The position numbers were made by a program, and so were the translations under genes. The notes beneath the pieces were generated by a model. That model worked only from the letters and a program-made list of their open reading frames with translations, did not search any database and had not been told where the DNA came from. From a virus (taxonomy: Duplodnaviria; Caudoviricetes), in IMG/VR virus record IMGVR_UViG_3300035164_000304, positions 1 to 27,442 of that record: a DNA stretch of 27,442 nt; one strand, written 5' to 3'. Positions 1 to 10,382 of this stretch are shown in pieces; positions within the stretch are counted from its first letter, which is position 1; every line of letters begins with the position of its first letter.

Positions 1-3000
1 ACTTGGGCCTAGTAAACTTGTGTAAAACTCATCTCCAAACCTCCCTGCTTCAAACATAGGGAATAGCATAGTCCACGCTCCAAATGCTCCAGAACGGTCG
101 GCAGCTTCTACTAAGTACTCACCGTAGCCCATTTCATTTGTTCTAAATTTACTAAAATCAAAAGATCCCGCTTCAGTGCTCTCGTTAAAGTCTACTGTTC
201 CAGAAATAGGAGATAGTAAGAATTTTAATAGTTCACGTAGTTCCATACCTACCATTGCCAACGGTAATAGAGAAGTAGTAGCTAAAACTGCAGGTAACGC
301 AGCAGCAGAGATTTTACCTTCTCGATTATAGGTGCTTTGAGTGTTTCTAATTACACCCCCTATTATGTTTTTACCATATGCATAAAAGAATGATTTAAGT
401 TGGAATATTAAAGCTGTGTAGGGATTAGAAGCCCAACCCGGTCTTTCTGCAGCATTAGGACGTACAACTGATTCTTCGGTAAATCTAGCTATAGCATCTT
501 GTACTTTTCTATGTTGAGGGTCACTAAAATCCCAATCAGAATTTTGCGCCGCTCTTATTTGTTCGGGTGTAACTTGTAACTCAGCTAAAAAAGCTTTTGA
601 TTTAGCAGAGTTATCATTTGCATGTTTAATAAGAAACTGTCGACCCATACCAGCAGCAAAAACTCTTGTAAACCTTGTGTACCATTCTAGTCCTGTAAAT
701 TTAAAAAATTGTTGAGTATAGTATTTTGTCCCTTCTGTCATATAACCCAACTCCCCAGCATTAATATACATCTGTGAAATAGAATCAAATCCTATAACAC
801 CTACATCACGCGCAAACTGTTCTAACTCTTTTCTATTTGCAAAAGCATCTTTTACTGAGTTTATAAAATTACCACTAAAGATACTCATTTCTTTAGATCT
901 TAATGCTGGACCAGCTAAATCTGGTAAAGAAGCAACAGTAGCAAAAGTTAAATACGTCATTACATTTAAAGCTAATAAATAACTTTGTGCAGTTCTTAAC
1001 CAGCCGGGCATATTCATACCTGCTCTCCCTAACATAGACTGTACTGCTTTTCTTGCGCGTCCTCTATCTCTCTGGTTATCTATTCGATTAATTAAAATTT
1101 CTGCCGCTCTAGGACCAGAATAAAATACACCTTCTTGTTTTTTATCTAATTGATTTGCACTATTTGCAATATCTTTTTTAGTTATCTTTACACGAACTTT
1201 TTTCTTAAATTCTATTTTTTTAACATTCTCAGAAATGTATTTTCTAACTGCATGGTGCGCAGGAATAATCAAATCACCAATACCTTCTATATTACGTAAG
1301 TCAGCGTTATTAGTGATGTTTATGAAAAGAGGTCGTCTATCTTTTTGCATACCAATAGATAAATCTGCAGCTCCTTCTGCTTCTATAGCATCAAGACTCT
1401 CGTCATATAAAACCATTTTATCTACTGCGTTTCGTAATTCTTCTACAGTAGCTTTAGAATTATATTTTTTCAAAACTTTTACTAAAGCTTCTCTTGCTTC
1501 AGGTTCTGCAGCTAACTTAGCTACATCAAATTGCCTAGTAAAGAAAGTTATATTTTTTTGAACTTTAGGTCTTTTAGGGTTTAGTTCATTAGGTAAAATA
1601 TAATCATCATAAAATTTTTCAAAATATTTAAGAACACCTAAAGCTTTGCTTCCATCCACTTGTACAGAGTTACCATCCTTATCTTCTACTACAAGTTTAT
1701 TAGCTGCATTAGGTCTTTCTGCTAATGGTAAAGCAGCTAGTTGTTCAGCTCCCTCTAAAATGTTATCAATATTAGCTAAATCTTCTTGCGTGGGGTCTTT
1801 TACAATGTTAAATATTTTATAAAAATCATTAATATATCTGTACTGCACTACAGGGTGGTAGTTAAAGAAACCAGTTGCTTCTACGGTTTGAGACCTAGAG
1901 TAAAGAGCTTTACCTAATTCTGGAGATACTAAACGTAAAAAGTTATCTGCCGGAGCCAAGACATACACTAGGAATTTGTAAATATCATTGGTTGCCTCAC
2001 TTTTTAAAATTTTTCTAAATAAAGCTTCAAAACGAGTAGCATTCTTTTTACCTACTGCTTTTTGTACAATATCAGCACTGCCTTGGACCCAATTATCAAT
2101 ATCTTTAGACTCGGTAACTGATATACCTATGTTCTCTCTATTAAGACCTCGTTTAACTGCTTCTATTACCCCAAAAGCATAATCGTTAAATACTGGATTT
2201 GTGTCAAGCCTACCTATTTGAAACTCACTTAAAGTATTAAATAGAACACGGACTTTTCTTGCTAAAGCTGTAAAGTAAGAACGCACAGTTTTTTTATTTC
2301 TAGCTTCTATACCTACAAACTCACTTCGTAATTCCATAAGGGTTTTAGGTAATTGTTCTTTCCAAATAGTATTATCTTGAGTATGTGTTATTTTTCTATT
2401 ACCTGTATCTAACAAAGCTTTTCTATGGTCAGCATTTTGTTCTAAAGAAGCCCTAATTAAATCTTTCATTAACTTAAGATTAGTAGCTCTATTTTCTTTT
2501 AAGAAACCTTTAATTTTTACATTACCAGTTCCCCAACGTGGGTTGTTGTAAAGTTTTTCATCAAATTTACCTGACTTAAGAGTTTGATAAGCATGTTCAA
2601 CACTTTGGAACTCGACGCCAGAATTTTCATTAGTAGGTTTAGAAAACCTTGAAAATGTTTTTCTGTCATACTTTTCTCCGCCCTCTACTACTCCAGTAAC
2701 TTTAAATCTAAATGGACGCGCTTTAAGATTACTTAAGTTAGTATTTTGATTTGCGCCAGCATAAATATTTACGGGCGTTCTTTCTGTAGCAATTTCTCTA
2801 GGTAAAGTCTCTTTAACTGTTCCCTCTTGTTCTAATAAAAATGCGCTTGCTTTATCTGCATACCACTCTTCAAATGGAAAAGCTCTGTCTTGATAATTAT
2901 ATCCGGGCTCGCCCCTTACTTCTCTAGTAAATAATGCAAAAGACTCATCAGCATAAGCTCTATACAAAGCTTCTCCTTTTTTAAAATCTGCTTCGGTAAT

Positions 3001-6000
3001 CCCAAGATCTTTTATAAATTCTTCACTACCATACCGTCCACCTCGTTCTTCCGTACGAAATCTACTAAGTCCAAGTCTTGCACTTTCAAATTTAAATAAT
3101 ACATGTCCTAATTCATGCGCAAGTGCATAATTCATAAAAGTGCTTTTAGCAGCATTTTGGACAAGGGGGTCTTGATCTTGTAACTGGGTTTCTATAAAAC
3201 GAGCATCTGGGTTGAGAACTACAAACGCATATTTTGGTAGTCCTTCAAGTGGTCCGTCCTGATGCATTACACTTAAAACAGATGCGGGTTGGCCCGAAGC
3301 TCTATTCTCGGCTTGTATCTTCCTAATTACCAAATTCAAAGGAAGGCCGGTTGTAGTTTTCATGTCGGTTGGGAAGTTAACTTCATCATCTAAACCTAAA
3401 ACAAACACTTTTGTCGTTACTCCAAAACCTTTCATTTTTTTAGATAACTCACTAATAAAACGTTCGCCAGTGGTATCACCTACATCTTTAGTAAATTTTG
3501 GATCTTTAATATCAAAGATATTTGCAACTCCCTGACTTACTTTTATTTCTCCCAATTCCATCGCTATTGCGTCTGGGTCGGTTTCAAATTTAGTATTAAA
3601 TACAGGTGTCCCTTTGTACGCTGCGCCTTCTTGCCCTTTAACTTTTACAGGAGGTTGCGCTAAGAGTATCCCTTGTGCTAACTGCGGAAAAATATCCATT
3701 AACATGTTGTTACCTAAGTCTGTTTGTTCTACAGTTTCGACTACCTCACTTATGGGTGTTCTTTCCATAGGAACTCTACGAGGTTTCTCCATGTTATAAA
3801 GAGAAGCTCTTGAACCTGCGCCGTTTAAAACTTCTATATTGTTATCTCTTATAAAGTTGGTTATTGTCGCTGCTGAAGTTCCGGGACTAACAACTAAAAA
3901 AGGTTTACCAAGTTCTTCAGCAAACTTAACGGTTAGTTGAGAGCCGCGGCCGAGTGACCCATCTTCTTTAGTCAAAATAATAGTACCGTCAGAATCTTCA
4001 ACGTTTTTTCTAGTTCTTGGTGAGTACTCTGGGGATTCTCCTTCTACTACATTAAATCGGGGCCCTAAAGAAAGACTTGCTCCACCTTCTACTTTAAAAC
4101 CTTTTGGAGCAGTACCACCAGTTTCTAAACCCATCGCTTTTGCCATATAAAGAAAGAACTGGTCAGCACCAAGTTGCCCACCTGATATTATTCTTTTTAA
4201 TGGTGTTTTTGCATTTAATCTATCTAAAGTACTTTGTTCTGCTGCTGTTAAAGTTTTACCGTCTTGTACTTTTTTCAGTAAAGCCCCCTGTCTTTTTCGA
4301 TCTTTTCTAGGTTGTTCTGCCCTTTCTAATTCCAAACGCATTTTTTGTTGCTCTTCCGCTTCTCGCGCTTGTCTTTGTAAACTTACAGGGTCTCTTTCTA
4401 AAGCCGAATCAATTGGGGGCGGAGACAACTTAGCACTTTCAAACCTTGCATCCCCTCGTAAACTCGTTTCGTTTGGAGTTAAAGGATAACGTTTTTCTTT
4501 TTGTGCCTCGGTTCCTTTTAAAACTAAATCCTTAGATTCTGTTACAAAAATTTTCTTACCATTTCTATATTGGGGTACTGATACTCTAACTGGAGGAAAT
4601 CCAATAGTTTTTTGTGGGGGTTGCGCTCCTAAAGGACCTTGAAAATCTTGGTCATCTCCAACTCTTTCCCTCATAGCTTGATCTTCACCGAGAGGTTTTT
4701 CTAAATCTACTTTGCTGTAATCCCCAAACTCGGTGTTCAACTCATATTGTAAATTGTTGTACTGATACTCTAAAGTTGTTAGCTTTTTACCAACTGATTT
4801 CTGTTGTTTAATTAAACGTCCACGCTCTTTTTCGGATATACCACGATTATTTATTTGAGTGTTTAAATTTGCATATAGTTGGCTAACCGGCGCTATCTCT
4901 GCTTCTAAGTCTGCTAACTCGTCTAATCTGCTAGTTAAGCTTTTAATACCCCTTGTAGGTATGGTAAATAATGACTCACTACCACCTTCTTCTATATATC
5001 TTTTACGAGCTAGACTATTAGCAAGGGCGTTTATGTCAGATTTATCAACAAATATTCCAGCTGTAGTAAATCCTATCCCACCTAGTTCTTGTTTTATGTC
5101 TTTTAAAATATTTAAATATTTTTGAAATTCTAAGGAACTTATCTCTCTCGCTTCTATTGATCCAGTTAGAGAAAATTGTTGTAGTTGGCTTGGACTAATC
5201 AATTGTGCAGGTTTATCTGGGGCTATTCTTCTATAAAACATAGGCACGTCTGCTAAATTTTGACCTTCGGTGCTTATGAGTTTTGTTTCATTAGTCATTG
5301 GCGTATAAAGGTCTTCCTTCATAACCACTTCAAACCCATACTTTTTAAGCTCCGCAAAAATTTCGGGCACCATAGTTGCCAAAGCAATGTTATAAGCTCT
5401 AGTTCTATTACCTCCTACACTTTCCAAAATCTCTTCTATACTCATAGTAAAATCTTGTTTTATTTGAGGGAAGATTTTTACTGCTTGAGTTAATAAAGTG
5501 TATAAATTAACAGACACATCATTTCCAGCAAAATTAACTTCTTTATCTCCGTACCCTAGAGTGGCACCCGCTTCTGCATTTTTAACTCTTATTTTAAAAT
5601 AAGAACTAGCCTGTGATACTTCACCACCACCTGTTGTAGATAAGAATTTAAAACCTTCTATAACTGCTGTTTCAACTAAATCTAAAGCTTTAGCTTCTAC
5701 AGTTTGTGGTTCAAAAGTACCAAAAACATAAGCATTGGCATCGTCGGGATCTTGAATAATTGTTAAATCGGGCCCAATATCTGGGTCTGTACCAGCTCGG
5801 CTATCTCGTTGTCTAAAGTATTCTCTTAATAAACTTCTACTATACGTCTGCATTCTAGGAGAATTTATATCTGTAATCCCTAACTCTGTTCTTTCTTGTT
5901 CAGTAAGAGAGTCAAAATACCTTTGACGTAAATCTATTAACTCTTGGTCTTCAGTAGAAAACTCTCCTGTTTCTTCATTTACTTTTGGTTGGTAAGTTGT

Positions 6001-8190
6001 TTTTTTATATTTTCTAGCATCAGTCCTTACAACTCCTCCCTTTGTTTTTTTATCTCCACCTTTTTTTAATTTATCTAATCTTCTTTTTTGAGAAAGCGTC
6101 AAACCTCCTTCTTTTTCAAGTTTTTTTAATTGTTGTAGTTCCGTTTCAGCACGTAGCAATACTTCGGGTTGTGCAGTTAATCTAGCGTCTTCTAACTGAG
6201 CACCAAACAAACCTCCGCTCTGTTGCTCTGATAATCTTTCAATAATCTCTTCAATAGGTTCGCCTGTTCTTTGTGATTCTTCTTGAGCTAGTTTATATAC
6301 TTCAAAAGGACTTAAACCAGACAAAGCAGCAGAATCTCCTTCGTTATCATCAAACGCTTCTGTTACATCTATATCATCTAAAGATGATTCATTTTCAAAA
6401 TCCATGTTATTTATATCTAAGTTAGCTGTTGTAAATACTCTTACGTTAGCTTCAGGATATTTAGCTTGGAGTTTAGTTCTTTCTTCTTGTATTTGAAATT
6501 GATTAACTTCTTTAGTAGCAATAATACGTCCCCCAGCATTGAAAACTTTAATTGTGTGAGTAGCATTGTCTACTACATCGCTAAGTTCTTCACCATCCAA
6601 AGCTTCAATTACTGCATCTCTAAACGCTACATTCCTTCTTCTTTTTTCTTGATCACTTATGACATTTGTATCATCAGCCGCAATATTTGCTTGATATAAA
6701 TTATTAACTTTTTTCATCGCCTCTGGAGTACCAACTACTACTCCACCTTTAAATGGTACAGCTACAGTTCTATTCCCAAAATTTACCTTTGAATACATAT
6801 CTTGGTAAGTTTCAACTCTTGATTGTGGTAAAAACATAACTGATTTTGGAGACTCAACTTCAGCTTCTACTGTTTCAATAGTTTTTTCTAAAGCATCAGT
6901 ATTACCTGCTTCATTTAATATTCGTGTTTCGTAATCGATACGATCAGCTTTACCTCTTGCTATAGCATCGGTAGCTTTACTCATAATTGGACTTACTACT
7001 CCTCCTGCTGCTCCTCTAGCACCCCCAGCAAAAAACCCAGCAAAAGCAGCTTCAGCTAACCTTAACTTAGCTTCTTCACTCGTATAGTTAGGGTCAATAG
7101 CCATTCTTTGGGCTATTCCTAAGCCCTCTTGACCTACTTCAGTAACACCTTCAATTGCACCTGACCCAACAAAACCTTTTCCTACATCTTTTATAATAGA
7201 AGAAAAAAGATTCTTTTTTGGTCCAGAATATAAATCTAAAAAGTCTTGTTCTTTATCGGTTAATTTTTTGTTATTAACTCTCTTTTGAAAAATAGCGTAA
7301 GCTTTTTGCTCATTTTTTGTTAAGTTCTGTACCCCAAAAGTTTGTGCTTTTCTATCTAAAGCGACCAAGGGGCTTTTCTTCAAAGACGCTTTTAATAAAG
7401 CACTAGCAAAAATAGTTTCAGAAGCAGTACCTAATACTGCTTGCGGGATACCTAATAATGCTGCTTGTGCTGCTTCGGCTTTTGTTAACTCTATACCAGC
7501 CTCTTGAAATTCAGAAGCAGATTGAGAACTACCTATTACATATTCTTGACCAAACGCTCCTGCGATACCACCACGTTTTGCCCATTTTGCATAACCTAGA
7601 CCTTCATCTATTAATACTCTTTCTTCTGGACTAAGTACAAGACCTTTATTCTTTTTGTCAATCGCTTCTTTTAATAACGAATCGAGAGGTTTTTTACTAA
7701 AAGTTCTAACTCCAAATTTTCCTAACATACTAACACCAGCTCCAGCTAAACCACTGCTAAGTGAACTTGTCATCATAGGAGTAAATTGACCTAAAGCTTT
7801 TGTTACTTGAGTAAAAAAACCATCAAGGGTAGGTTCTTCAATAAAATCTTCAAAGGGTTGTATTTGATTTAACAAGTCGCCTGATATAGCATCATAACTT
7901 TCTGCAATCTCAAAATTCTTTTGGGCTGCTTCATCAAAACCAAATAGCATTTGGCCAAGTCCTTGAAATCTATCAACATCAGCTGATAACTGAGCACTAC
8001 CACCACGAACGGCAGTAGAAAAAACTTCACCTAAGTTTTGAGGAGAGTCATCTATATCTTCTCGTAAAGGAGTTCTAACAGGGGATACACGTTCCGCTTC
8101 TTGTCGAAGTAACTCTTTATCAACTCTTTCTTGTTGGTTTGCGGTGTCCTCTGGAGTACCAAAAATTGCGTCCGCTAAATTTTTAGCCAT
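1..8190 (-). CDS. Giant (>2730 aa, 3' end outside the window) virion DNA-ejection / polyvalent protein with cpYpsA-SLOG, zincin metallopeptidase and NADAR domains
   Basis: ATG at 8190 (MAKNLADAIFGTPED...), 2 nt after the stop of the 729-aa gene. No in-frame stop in the lines I translated, and the track lists no minus-strand ORF here, consistent with an open frame to the edge. The N-terminal part has Gly/Ala-rich hydrophobic stretches (GKGFVGSGAIEGVTEVGQEG, AAFAGFFAGGARGAAGG). A segment near the window edge (IVRPNAAERPGWASNPYTALIFQLKSFFYAYG) resembles the C-termini of large podovirus internal virion proteins. Confidence 0.9.
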   Translation of the reverse strand, partial: MAKNLADAIFGTPEDTANQQERVDKELLRQEAERVSPVRTPLREDIDDSPQNLGEVFSTAVRGGSAQLSADVDRFQGLGQMLFGFDEAAQKNFEIAESYDAISGDLLNQIQPFEDFIEEPTLDGFFTQVTKALGQFTPMMTSSLSSGLAGAGVSMLGKFGVRTFSKKPLDSLLKEAIDKKNKGLVLSPEERVLIDEGLGYAKWAKRGGIAGAFGQEYVIGSSQSASEFQEAGIELTKAEAAQAALLGIPQAVLGTASETIFASALLKASLKKSPLVALDRKAQTFGVQNLTKNEQKAYAIFQKRVNNKKLTDKEQDFLDLYSGPKKNLFSSIIKDVGKGFVGSGAIEGVTEVGQEGLGIAQRMAIDPNYTSEEAKLRLAEAAFAGFFAGGARGAAGGVVSPIMSKATDAIARGKADRIDYETRILNEAGNTDALEKTIETVEAEVESPKSVMFLPQSRVETYQDMYSKVNFGNRTVAVPFKGGVVVGTPEAMKKVNNLYQANIAADDTNVISDQEKRRRNVAFRDAVIEALDGEELSDVVDNATHTIKVFNAGGRIIATKEVNQFQIQEERTKLQAKYPEANVRVFTTANLDINNMDFENESSLDDIDVTEAFDDNEGDSAALSGLSPFEVYKLAQEESQRTGEPIEEIIERLSEQQSGGLFGAQLEDARLTAQPEVLLRAETELQQLKKLEKEGGLTLSQKRRLDKLKKGGDKKTKGGVVRTDARKYKKTTYQPKVNEETGEFSTEDQELIDLRQRYFDSLTEQERTELGITDINSPRMQTYSRSLLREYFRQRDSRAGTDPDIGPDLTIIQDPDDANAYVFGTFEPQTVEAKALDLVETAVIEGFKFLSTTGGGEVSQASSYFKIRVKNAEAGATLGYGDKEVNFAGNDVSVNLYTLLTQAVKIFPQIKQDFTMSIEEILESVGGNRTRAYNIALATMVPEIFAELKKYGFEVVMKEDLYTPMTNETKLISTEGQNLADVPMFYRRIAPDKPAQLISPSQLQQFSLTGSIEAREISSLEFQKYLNILKDIKQELGGIGFTTAGIFVDKSDINALANSLARKRYIEEGGSESLFTIPTRGIKSLTSRLDELADLEAEIAPVSQLYANLNTQINNRGISEKERGRLIKQQKSVGKKLTTLEYQYNNLQYELNTEFGDYSKVDLEKPLGEDQAMRERVGDDQDFQGPLGAQPPQKTIGFPPVRVSVPQYRNGKKIFVTESKDLVLKGTEAQKEKRYPLTPNETSLRGDARFESAKLSPPPIDSALERDPVSLQRQAREAEEQQKMRLELERAEQPRKDRKRQGALLKKVQDGKTLTAAEQSTLDRLNAKTPLKRIISGGQLGADQFFLYMAKAMGLETGGTAPKGFKVEGGASLSLGPRFNVVEGESPEYSPRTRKNVEDSDGTIILTKEDGSLGRGSQLTVKFAEELGKPFLVVSPGTSAATITNFIRDNNIEVLNGAGSRASLYNMEKPRRVPMERTPISEVVETVEQTDLGNNMLMDIFPQLAQGILLAQPPVKVKGQEGAAYKGTPVFNTKFETDPDAIAMELGEIKVSQGVANIFDIKDPKFTKDVGDTTGERFISELSKKMKGFGVTTKVFVLGLDDEVNFPTDMKTTTGLPLNLVIRKIQAENRASGQPASVLSVMHQDGPLEGLPKYAFVVLNPDARFIETQLQDQDPLVQNAAKSTFMNYALAHELGHVLFKFESARLGLSRFRTEERGGRYGSEEFIKDLGITEADFKKGEALYRAYADESFALFTREVRGEPGYNYQDRAFPFEEWYADKASAFLLEQEGTVKETLPREIATERTPVNIYAGANQNTNLSNLKARPFRFKVTGVVEGGEKYDRKTFSRFSKPTNENSGVEFQSVEHAYQTLKSGKFDEKLYNNPRWGTGNVKIKGFLKENRATNLKLMKDLIRASLEQNADHRKALLDTGNRKITHTQDNTIWKEQLPKTLMELRSEFVGIEARNKKTVRSYFTALARKVRVLFNTLSEFQIGRLDTNPVFNDYAFGVIEAVKRGLNRENIGISVTESKDIDNWVQGSADIVQKAVGKKNATRFEALFRKILKSEATNDIYKFLVYVLAPADNFLRLVSPELGKALYSRSQTVEATGFFNYHPVVQYRYINDFYKIFNIVKDPTQEDLANIDNILEGAEQLAALPLAERPNAANKLVVEDKDGNSVQVDGSKALGVLKYFEKFYDDYILPNELNPKRPKVQKNITFFTRQFDVAKLAAEPEAREALVKVLKKYNSKATVEELRNAVDKMVLYDESLDAIEAEGAADLSIGMQKDRRPLFINITNNADLRNIEGIGDLIIPAHHAVRKYISENVKKIEFKKKVRVKITKKDIANSANQLDKKQEGVFYSGPRAAEILINRIDNQRDRGRARKAVQSMLGRAGMNMPGWLRTAQSYLLALNVMTYLTFATVASLPDLAGPALRSKEMSIFSGNFINSVKDAFANRKELEQFARDVGVIGFDSISQMYINAGELGYMTEGTKYYTQQFFKFTGLEWYTRFTRVFAAGMGRQFLIKHANDNSAKSKAFLAELQVTPEQIRAAQNSDWDFSDPQHRKVQDAIARFTEESVVRPNAAERPGWASNPYTALIFQLKSFFYAYGKNIIGGVIRNTQSTYNREGKISAAALPAVLATTSLLPLAMVGMELRELLKFLLSPISGTVDFNESTEAGSFDFSKFRTNEMGYGEYLVEAADRSGAFGAWTMLFPMFEAGRFGDEFYTSLLGPS
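2317..2775 (-). other. NADAR (YbiA-like) domain inside the giant protein
   Basis: Translation ...NLSNLKARPF...EFQSVEHAYQTLK...LMKDLIRASLEQNADHRKALLDTGNRKITHTQDNTIW...LMELR follows the NADAR pattern SN..F / SxEHxYQxxK / LLxTG / D..W / LMExR. Confidence 0.8.
2830..3250 (-). other. Zincin-like metallopeptidase domain (polyvalent-protein MPTase type) inside the giant protein
   Basis: YALAHELGHVLF (HExxH at 3117-3103) and a downstream helix FEEWYADKASAF (about 2874-2839) that could supply the third Glu ligand. Boundaries are approximate. Confidence 0.7.
3799..4200 (-). other. cpYpsA / 'MoCo carrier'-type SLOG domain inside the giant protein
   Basis: In-frame translation LKRIISGGQLGADQ...GLETGGTAPKGF...YSPRTRKNVEDSDGTIIL...GSQLTVKFAEELGKPFL...NIEVLNGAGSRAS matches the family pattern IISGGQTGxD / GG.xPKG / RT..NV.DSDGT / KP / LNVAGPRxS. 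Confidence 0.85.
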
Positions 8191-8192
8191 TG

Positions 8193-10382
8193 CTACGAGT
8201 CTCCAGCGGCAACCAGAATGCTAATGAATGTATCAGAAAAACCTTGTTTCCTTAGGTCCCTTATTGTATAAACTAAATCACCAACGGTTATTCCTGTAAT
8301 TTTACCTTCCTTATTTTTATTTGCTCGTACATCAATCTCATTACCAAATAAATTTGCTCTACCGCCTTGAGCAAAACCAAGACTAAATACTTCTCTCCAG
8401 AAACCCGGATCCTGTTCAGCGCTATACCTTTTCATAACCTCAATAAGTTGTTGAGCATAATCTTCTCTATCTGCCTTTGTTGATATTTTTGTTTTTAAAC
8501 TATTTATTAAAGGACTTATTGTATTAAAGTAATTTTCATAATTAACTAATGAACTATCCTCGTCCGTTCTAGCTTTTCGTTTAACCGCATTCAACTCATC
8601 TAATTCTTTTTCGTATGGATCAGAGTAATCAAGTGCTTGTCTTGCCTCTTCCCTAGCTAGACGACGATTCGTTGCAACTTGGTTAGCTATAGTAGTGCCC
8701 TGTGTATTTAACAGACCAGTTTCTATAAATGTACCTATACTTATATTGGTAAGATAAGGAGCAATAGGAGCATTTTTAGGTAAAGTAGCTAAACTAGATA
8801 AAACATATTGACGGACTATATCTATATCTGCATTTTTTTGAGTCATTTTTCTAAAGTCCCCACCTGCTTTTACTAAAGCATCTGTTAAAACTTTATTATC
8901 TTCTTCAGATATATCAATACTATTTACTAATTTAGTTATCCCCTCAATATCATTTGCCTCCACTAATTTAGCAAATTGGTCCACTTGTTCTTTAGTAATA
9001 GAGTTGTTCAATGCTTTTTTAGCTTCGGGTGGTATGACATTACCGTATAGCTTTTCTTTATCTAAGGAACCATCTTCTTTAGTATATTTTTGTAAAAACT
9101 CCTCTGGGCTGGTAGTCCTTAACTCCTCACGTAAAGCTGGGTTTTTAGCTATTAAATCAAAATTAGTTTTAGCTAGTAAAGTCCCATATTTAGTTTTATT
9201 ATCGCCCTGTAAAGACTCTAAATTAGTTCTTAAAGTAGTTCTAATATCAAAATTTCTTGCCTCAGTTACTCCAGCATCAAAACGGTTTTGAGCATTTCTA
9301 AGACTCTCTTTTTCTCTTTTATTAAGTTGTTTGCCTGAAAGCTTTTTTATAATATCTCTATCGCTTATTAATGCATTTGTAAGTCCAGTTTGTTTAGCAC
9401 TAATCGTGGATGTTCTACCAGATTGGCCTTGCCCTTTTCTAGTATACCCAGCTGTGAGTTCTCTTATTTGCTCATCAGTTGCATCATAAGAACCAACGTC
9501 AATAAGATTTTCGCCCGACGTTTGAGGTGAAGTAGGCTGCTCTTGTTTTGCTTCTCCCTCAGTGGCTTCTTTGTTTCCTTCGATTGAGTCACTAAGACCT
9601 GACACTATGTTAAGGACAGTTTCTCTAGGAGTCGTTGGACTATTTATTTGATTGTAACTGTTTAAAACATCATCCATACTTAAATTTCTACTTGTTATTT
9701 GATTCATCATACGTATGCCCTGTTCTGTTCCGGCTGGAGCGGTTTGTAATAGTTTTGCTTTTTTAGCATCGTAAATAACATCTAAATCACTACCTCTAAC
9801 GGTAAAAGCCCCCATAGGCTCCCCACCATCCCTTTGGTTTCTCCCATCCATAGTGATATCGTTTTCTCTAATTGCAAAAGTGCCATCTTCATTAGGCACC
9901 ATAGTAGTTACTGAAGGGTTGTAAACAACCTTACCATCCTCTCCTCGTTGTGCAGTATTTTTTAAATCACCTAAATTTATTCTTTTAAAATCCTCATTCC
10001 CTTCTTGTTTTAAGGCCTCTTTAAACATATCTGGATAAAATTTATTTAATTGATCTTCATTTAAAAAAGGCAAAACGCCCTCTGAAAAATTCAATGTGCC
10101 TTGTTGTTTCTTTTTGTTACGTTCTGCTGCGTAGGTACCAAAATCTCCATAAGCTTCTTCGTTCCAACCCGCTGGTACAACACCAGATTTTTCATACTCT
10201 AATATAACCGCATCCGCTTGCCTTTCCCCCTCTAACATGGAGTTTAGTTCATTTAAAGTTAAGTCTCCCGTTTCTTCTTTAGTATAATTTTTCGCAAAAG
10301 GATTAAAAAGATATTCTAGGAATTGACCCCCACTCATATCTTTATTCAGGGTAAAGGTGCCGTCTTCGTTTCTTATTGCCAT
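8193..10382 (-). CDS. Putative DNA-ejection (internal virion) protein, 729 aa
   Basis: Long ORF coupled to the upstream gene (TAATG overlap at 10382), between the small ejection candidates and the giant protein. No catalytic motif recognised, so the call rests on synteny. Confidence 0.6.
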   Translation of the reverse strand: MAIRNEDGTFTLNKDMSGGQFLEYLFNPFAKNYTKEETGDLTLNELNSMLEGERQADAVILEYEKSGVVPAGWNEEAYGDFGTYAAERNKKKQQGTLNFSEGVLPFLNEDQLNKFYPDMFKEALKQEGNEDFKRINLGDLKNTAQRGEDGKVVYNPSVTTMVPNEDGTFAIRENDITMDGRNQRDGGEPMGAFTVRGSDLDVIYDAKKAKLLQTAPAGTEQGIRMMNQITSRNLSMDDVLNSYNQINSPTTPRETVLNIVSGLSDSIEGNKEATEGEAKQEQPTSPQTSGENLIDVGSYDATDEQIRELTAGYTRKGQGQSGRTSTISAKQTGLTNALISDRDIIKKLSGKQLNKREKESLRNAQNRFDAGVTEARNFDIRTTLRTNLESLQGDNKTKYGTLLAKTNFDLIAKNPALREELRTTSPEEFLQKYTKEDGSLDKEKLYGNVIPPEAKKALNNSITKEQVDQFAKLVEANDIEGITKLVNSIDISEEDNKVLTDALVKAGGDFRKMTQKNADIDIVRQYVLSSLATLPKNAPIAPYLTNISIGTFIETGLLNTQGTTIANQVATNRRLAREEARQALDYSDPYEKELDELNAVKRKARTDEDSSLVNYENYFNTISPLINSLKTKISTKADREDYAQQLIEVMKRYSAEQDPGFWREVFSLGFAQGGRANLFGNEIDVRANKNKEGKITGITVGDLVYTIRDLRKQGFSDTFISILVAAGDS

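Noticed and set aside
1-8190. Giant protein as an N4-type virion RNA polymerase
   Set aside because: Size and position are suggestive, but I found no single-subunit RNAP motifs or DxDxD motif in the parts translated. A very divergent polymerase cannot be excluded without structure prediction.
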